Of a DNA stretch of 64,000 bases, positions 60,918 through 64,000 are shown one piece after another. Below the pieces are notes generated by a model. That model was not told the DNA's origin, did no database searches, and was given only the letters and a program-made list of their open reading frames with translations. Position numbers and translations under genes: made by a program. Each line of letters starts with the position of its first letter. The stretch's first letter is position 1. Location: positions 1,056,001 through 1,120,000 of the forward strand of contig CAVYGB010000010.1 of NCBI GenBank assembly GCA_963767925.1, given 5' to 3'. This DNA is from an uncultured delta proteobacterium (GTDB taxonomy: Bacteria > Myxococcota_A > Polyangia > Fen-1088).

Positions 60918-60984
60918 TCGGCTCGATGGTCTTGGCGATTTCCGTGACCTGCGCCAGCTGACGCTCTTTGAGATGGCGCGATGA
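60607..60984 (+). CDS. IS21-associated accessory ORF2
   Basis: AAGGAGG SD; LLKARL...LLEALALW...GLGDFRDLRQL. Confidence 0.65.
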   Translation: MHDRIWVTIHPRREWTRVLVTDGPEQTLLKARLAPTPWHQRALPTLLEALALWHSRPVHAVLAADAQDGTFVTNLCPDLAAEHLRTPLYTLEVVAARRPPRRRDRLDGLGDFRDLRQLTLFEMAR

Positions 60985-61035
60985 TCATCGTCCTGTCTGC
61001 AGCGGCCCCTCCGCACTCGATGACCATCGCTGATC

Positions 61036-62589
61036 ATGAGCGCTGACGAAGACCGGCTCGCCCAGCGCCGGGCGGAAGTACTTCGGCTAGCGTACGCCGA
61101 AGGGCTCGGGATCCGCTCAATCGGACGCCGACTGAAGATGGCGCGTCGGACGGTCCGCAAGTTTCTCGACGGGGACCGAGCGCGAAAGCGGGACCAGCCC
61201 GCCGTTGCGCGCGCAAAGCTGCTGCAGCCCTTCGAAGGCGCCATCCGCCAGATCCTGGGCGAGACGCCCGAGATGCGTGCGCCGGCGATGCTCGAGCGGT
61301 TGCGCACGCTCGGCTACCGCGGCGGGATCACGATCTTGCGCGACCGGCTACGCGGCCTGCGGCCGCACGCCGAGCGCGAGCCATTTCTGACCCTCGACTT
61401 TCCCGTCGGCGCGGCGGCGCAGGTTGACTGGGCCGACTTCGGCTTCGCGCTGCCCGGGTGCCCCCGTCGCGTGAGCGCCTTCGTGATGGTGCTGTGCTAC
61501 TCGCGGTACCTGTACCTGGAGTTCACCCTGAGCCAGGCCATGGGCTCGTTCCTCCGATGCATGGAGCGCGCCCTTCGCTTCTTCCAGGGCGCCACCAAGG
61601 TCGACATCTTCGACAACATGAAGACCGTCGTGAAGCTGCACACGCCGGCGGCCACCGTCTTCAACTCGCGTTTTCTCGCATACGCGGGTACTCGCCAGTT
61701 CGGCGCCGTCGCGTGCAACGTGGCCCGCGGTAACGAGAAAGGGATCGTCGAGCGGCCCGTCGGCTTTGTCCGCGAGCGCTTCTGGCCAGGCTGTCGCCCC
61801 GCAGATCTCCTGGATCTCAACACCAAGGCCGTCGCCTGGCGCGATACCTTCGCCAACAACCGCGTCCACGACGTCACGGGCAAGGTCCCCTCCCTGGTCT
61901 TCGAGCATGAAGAAAGGCGCGTGCTGCATCGGATTCCGGACGTGCCGTTCAACACCGACGACATCGACACCGCCACCGTCAGCAAGACCTTTCGCGTCCG
62001 CTTCGATCGGAATCTGTACTCCGTGCCGCCGCACCTGGTTGACCAAACCGTGCTCATCCGCGCCAACGACCACAACGTCTCCGTGTTCCTGGGCCCCAAG
62101 CACCTCACCACCCACGCGCGCTGCTGGGACACCAACAAGGACATCGAGGATCCCGCGCATCGCGAGGTTGCCTTGGCCAGAAAGCCCCGCGCCAAGGGCA
62201 ACCAGTTGCCGCCGGGCCTCGTGGGCCTGGGCGCGACCGGCGTTCAGTACTTCAAGATCCTGGCCGCCGGCACTCGCTCGGTCAGGCGTGAGATGGTGCG
62301 CCTGACCTTCCTCGTCGAGCTGTTCGGCGAGTCGGCCACCGCCTCGGCCGTGGACGAGGTCATGAAGACCGGCCACGTCGGCGCCGAATACGTCGAGTAC
62401 GTCCTGCGCCACAAGAAGGGTCTCACCCCTGCCGCCGACCCGCTTTACCTGGGCGACCCCAAGCTCGACGGCATCGTCCTGCGCGAGCCCGACCTCAGCT
62501 TGTACGACCAGCTCGTTGCCCCAGCTATGACACGTGACCCGGGCGATCCACCCGCCCAGCCGCCGACTGACACGGGGGACCCTTCATGA
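61036..62589 (+). CDS. istA: IS21 transposase
   Basis: N-terminal HTH; DDE triad QVDW / FDNMK / KGIVE; NLYSVP. Confidence 0.95.
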   Translation: MSADEDRLAQRRAEVLRLAYAEGLGIRSIGRRLKMARRTVRKFLDGDRARKRDQPAVARAKLLQPFEGAIRQILGETPEMRAPAMLERLRTLGYRGGITILRDRLRGLRPHAEREPFLTLDFPVGAAAQVDWADFGFALPGCPRRVSAFVMVLCYSRYLYLEFTLSQAMGSFLRCMERALRFFQGATKVDIFDNMKTVVKLHTPAATVFNSRFLAYAGTRQFGAVACNVARGNEKGIVERPVGFVRERFWPGCRPADLLDLNTKAVAWRDTFANNRVHDVTGKVPSLVFEHEERRVLHRIPDVPFNTDDIDTATVSKTFRVRFDRNLYSVPPHLVDQTVLIRANDHNVSVFLGPKHLTTHARCWDTNKDIEDPAHREVALARKPRAKGNQLPPGLVGLGATGVQYFKILAAGTRSVRREMVRLTFLVELFGESATASAVDEVMKTGHVGAEYVEYVLRHKKGLTPAADPLYLGDPKLDGIVLREPDLSLYDQLVAPAMTRDPGDPPAQPPTDTGDPS

Positions 62590-63341
62590 AGAGCAACGAC
62601 GATGCCCGCCTCGAGGTTCTGGTCGAGAAGCTTCGCTGGCTGCGCTTGCCCGGCATGGCCTCCGCCATCCCGGCGCTGCTCGAACGCGCTGCCGTCGACA
62701 ACCTGACCGTTGGCGCTGTCATCAGCCGACTGTGCGACGAGGAAAAGCACAGCCGCATCCGTAGCTCCGTCGACCGCCGCATCAAGGACGCCCGATTCCC
62801 GGAGATCAACACCGTGGACGCCTTCGACTTCGACTTCGACCCCGCCCGCAAGAAGCTTCGGACCAGGTACCTGGCCCTGCACGACCTCAGCTTCCTCACC
62901 AAGGGCACCAACCCTCTGTTCATCGGCGTCCCGGGCACGGGCAAGACCTTCCTGGCTCGCGCTCTCGCGTACCGCGCGTGCCAGGCGCAAAAGCGCGTCG
63001 TCTTCACCTCCGCCCCACGCATGCTCACTGACCTGCACGGCGCTGACGTCCACGGCTCACTCGAACGCGCCCTTCGGCGCTACGTCCGGGCCGACCTCCT
63101 GGCCATCGATGATTTCGCTGTCCTCGCGATGGATCCAGCGCAGGCCAGGCTTGCCTTCCAGGTCATCGCAGAACGCTACGAATACAGGCGATCAACTCTC
63201 ATTACCACCAACCGGCCTTTCAAGGAGTGGACCAGGGTCTTCCCAGACCCACTCAACGCTCAGGTGATGGCCGAGCGTCTCACCGAGCGATCGGAGACCT
63301 TCGTCCTCGACGGAAAGGGCTTTCGGCAGAACAAGACCTGA
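62586..63341 (+). CDS. istB: IS21 AAA+ helper ATPase
   Basis: GVPGTGKT, LAIDD, ERYEYRRSTLITTN; ATGA overlap with istA. Confidence 0.96.
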   Translation: MKSNDDARLEVLVEKLRWLRLPGMASAIPALLERAAVDNLTVGAVISRLCDEEKHSRIRSSVDRRIKDARFPEINTVDAFDFDFDPARKKLRTRYLALHDLSFLTKGTNPLFIGVPGTGKTFLARALAYRACQAQKRVVFTSAPRMLTDLHGADVHGSLERALRRYVRADLLAIDDFAVLAMDPAQARLAFQVIAERYEYRRSTLITTNRPFKEWTRVFPDPLNAQVMAERLTERSETFVLDGKGFRQNKT

Positions 63342-64000
63342 CCGCTTCCGCCTGTTCGGGCAGGAACCCCAGCCCCGCGCGCCGCCATCGTGACGGCAAG
63401 CCCCCCGCGCTTCAAGCTCGCGGCCGGGTCGGGCGGAGAACCGTCTCCGCGCCACCGGGTGGGCTCATGGTCACCGGTGATTCCGCTGGAAGTGGTACCC
63501 GCCGAGTCCGGCGGCGACACCCGATCAGATCGAGCACGGCGATCCGACGTCAAGGAAGGTTACGATCGGTGTGTCTCAACCCGTGTCCGGCGCCGTGGAT
63601 GAAGCCGCGAGCGGTTACCGACTCCGTGCAAGCTGCAGTGATCATGGCTGGGGACGCTATCCCGACGACGCCAAGCAGCCAACCTCAGCGGCTCGAATGG
63701 TCCGGATGCTCTTGGGGGCAGACCAGCTTGGTGCGCGACCCATTTTCGTTCAGGCGTAAGGAGGAGACCAGGGGACGCCCTCGCCTTCGACACCGGAGGA
63801 CCTTCGCCCGAGCGTTCACGACGCGATGCGCCCTGGCGCCTTATCGCACAGCCATCAGCCACTGCGGAAACCATCCCCTTCGACTCGCGCCCAGCCGCTC
63901 GGAACCGAGGCGTTCCGCCGTGCCCCCCGTCAGAGCCTGAAAGGTCTCCGCACCTTTCACTGACGGGGAAGGTGCCAAGCCCGGCATCCCCTGGTGCGCT

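Larger units (their letters stand above)
59933..63519 (+). mobile_element. IS21-family element, 3,587 bp
   Basis: TG...CA ends; IRs 59933-59978 and 63474-63519 (34/46 identical); TSD CCCGAT at 59927-59932 and 63520-63525; istA-istB. Confidence 0.95.

Noticed and set aside
63540..63990. ORFs right of the IS
   Set aside because: Short, no motifs, atypical codon pattern.

Overview
GC-rich (visually about 70%) bacterial chromosomal segment, most likely Myxococcota. This is inferred from MYXO-CTERM-like tails, an AgmX/PglI-type C-terminal domain, an Oar-like TonB-dependent receptor and an MxcI-like lipoprotein. It carries metabolic genes (thiolase-hbd, amidase, RluA, Prx6, GH29 and GH95 fucosidases), signalling genes (EAL, CheR-PAS, two histidine kinases, DUF4388-GAF, REC), a fimU-pilV-pilW-pilX minor-pilin cluster, a TolC-MFP-RND pump and many gene remnants. 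Four observations stand out. (1) A CMD/AhpD - STAND ATPase - methyltransferase module in which both flanking genes share an upstream element, GGAACACTGTTCC-N8-TCACG. (2) A complete 3,587-bp IS21-family element (46-bp imperfect terminal IRs, 6-bp CCCGAT target duplication) with two overlapping accessory ORFs. It is inserted into the 5' end of a lower-GC PD-(D/E)XK nuclease gene and supplies that gene with a new in-frame GTG. (3) Several genes that keep their first and last codons but lack the middle. (4) A 17-bp G-rich tandem array, two dispersed repeat families, and candidate BlaI/CopY, Fur and sigma54 sites. All product calls come from motif recognition by eye; no database search was run.
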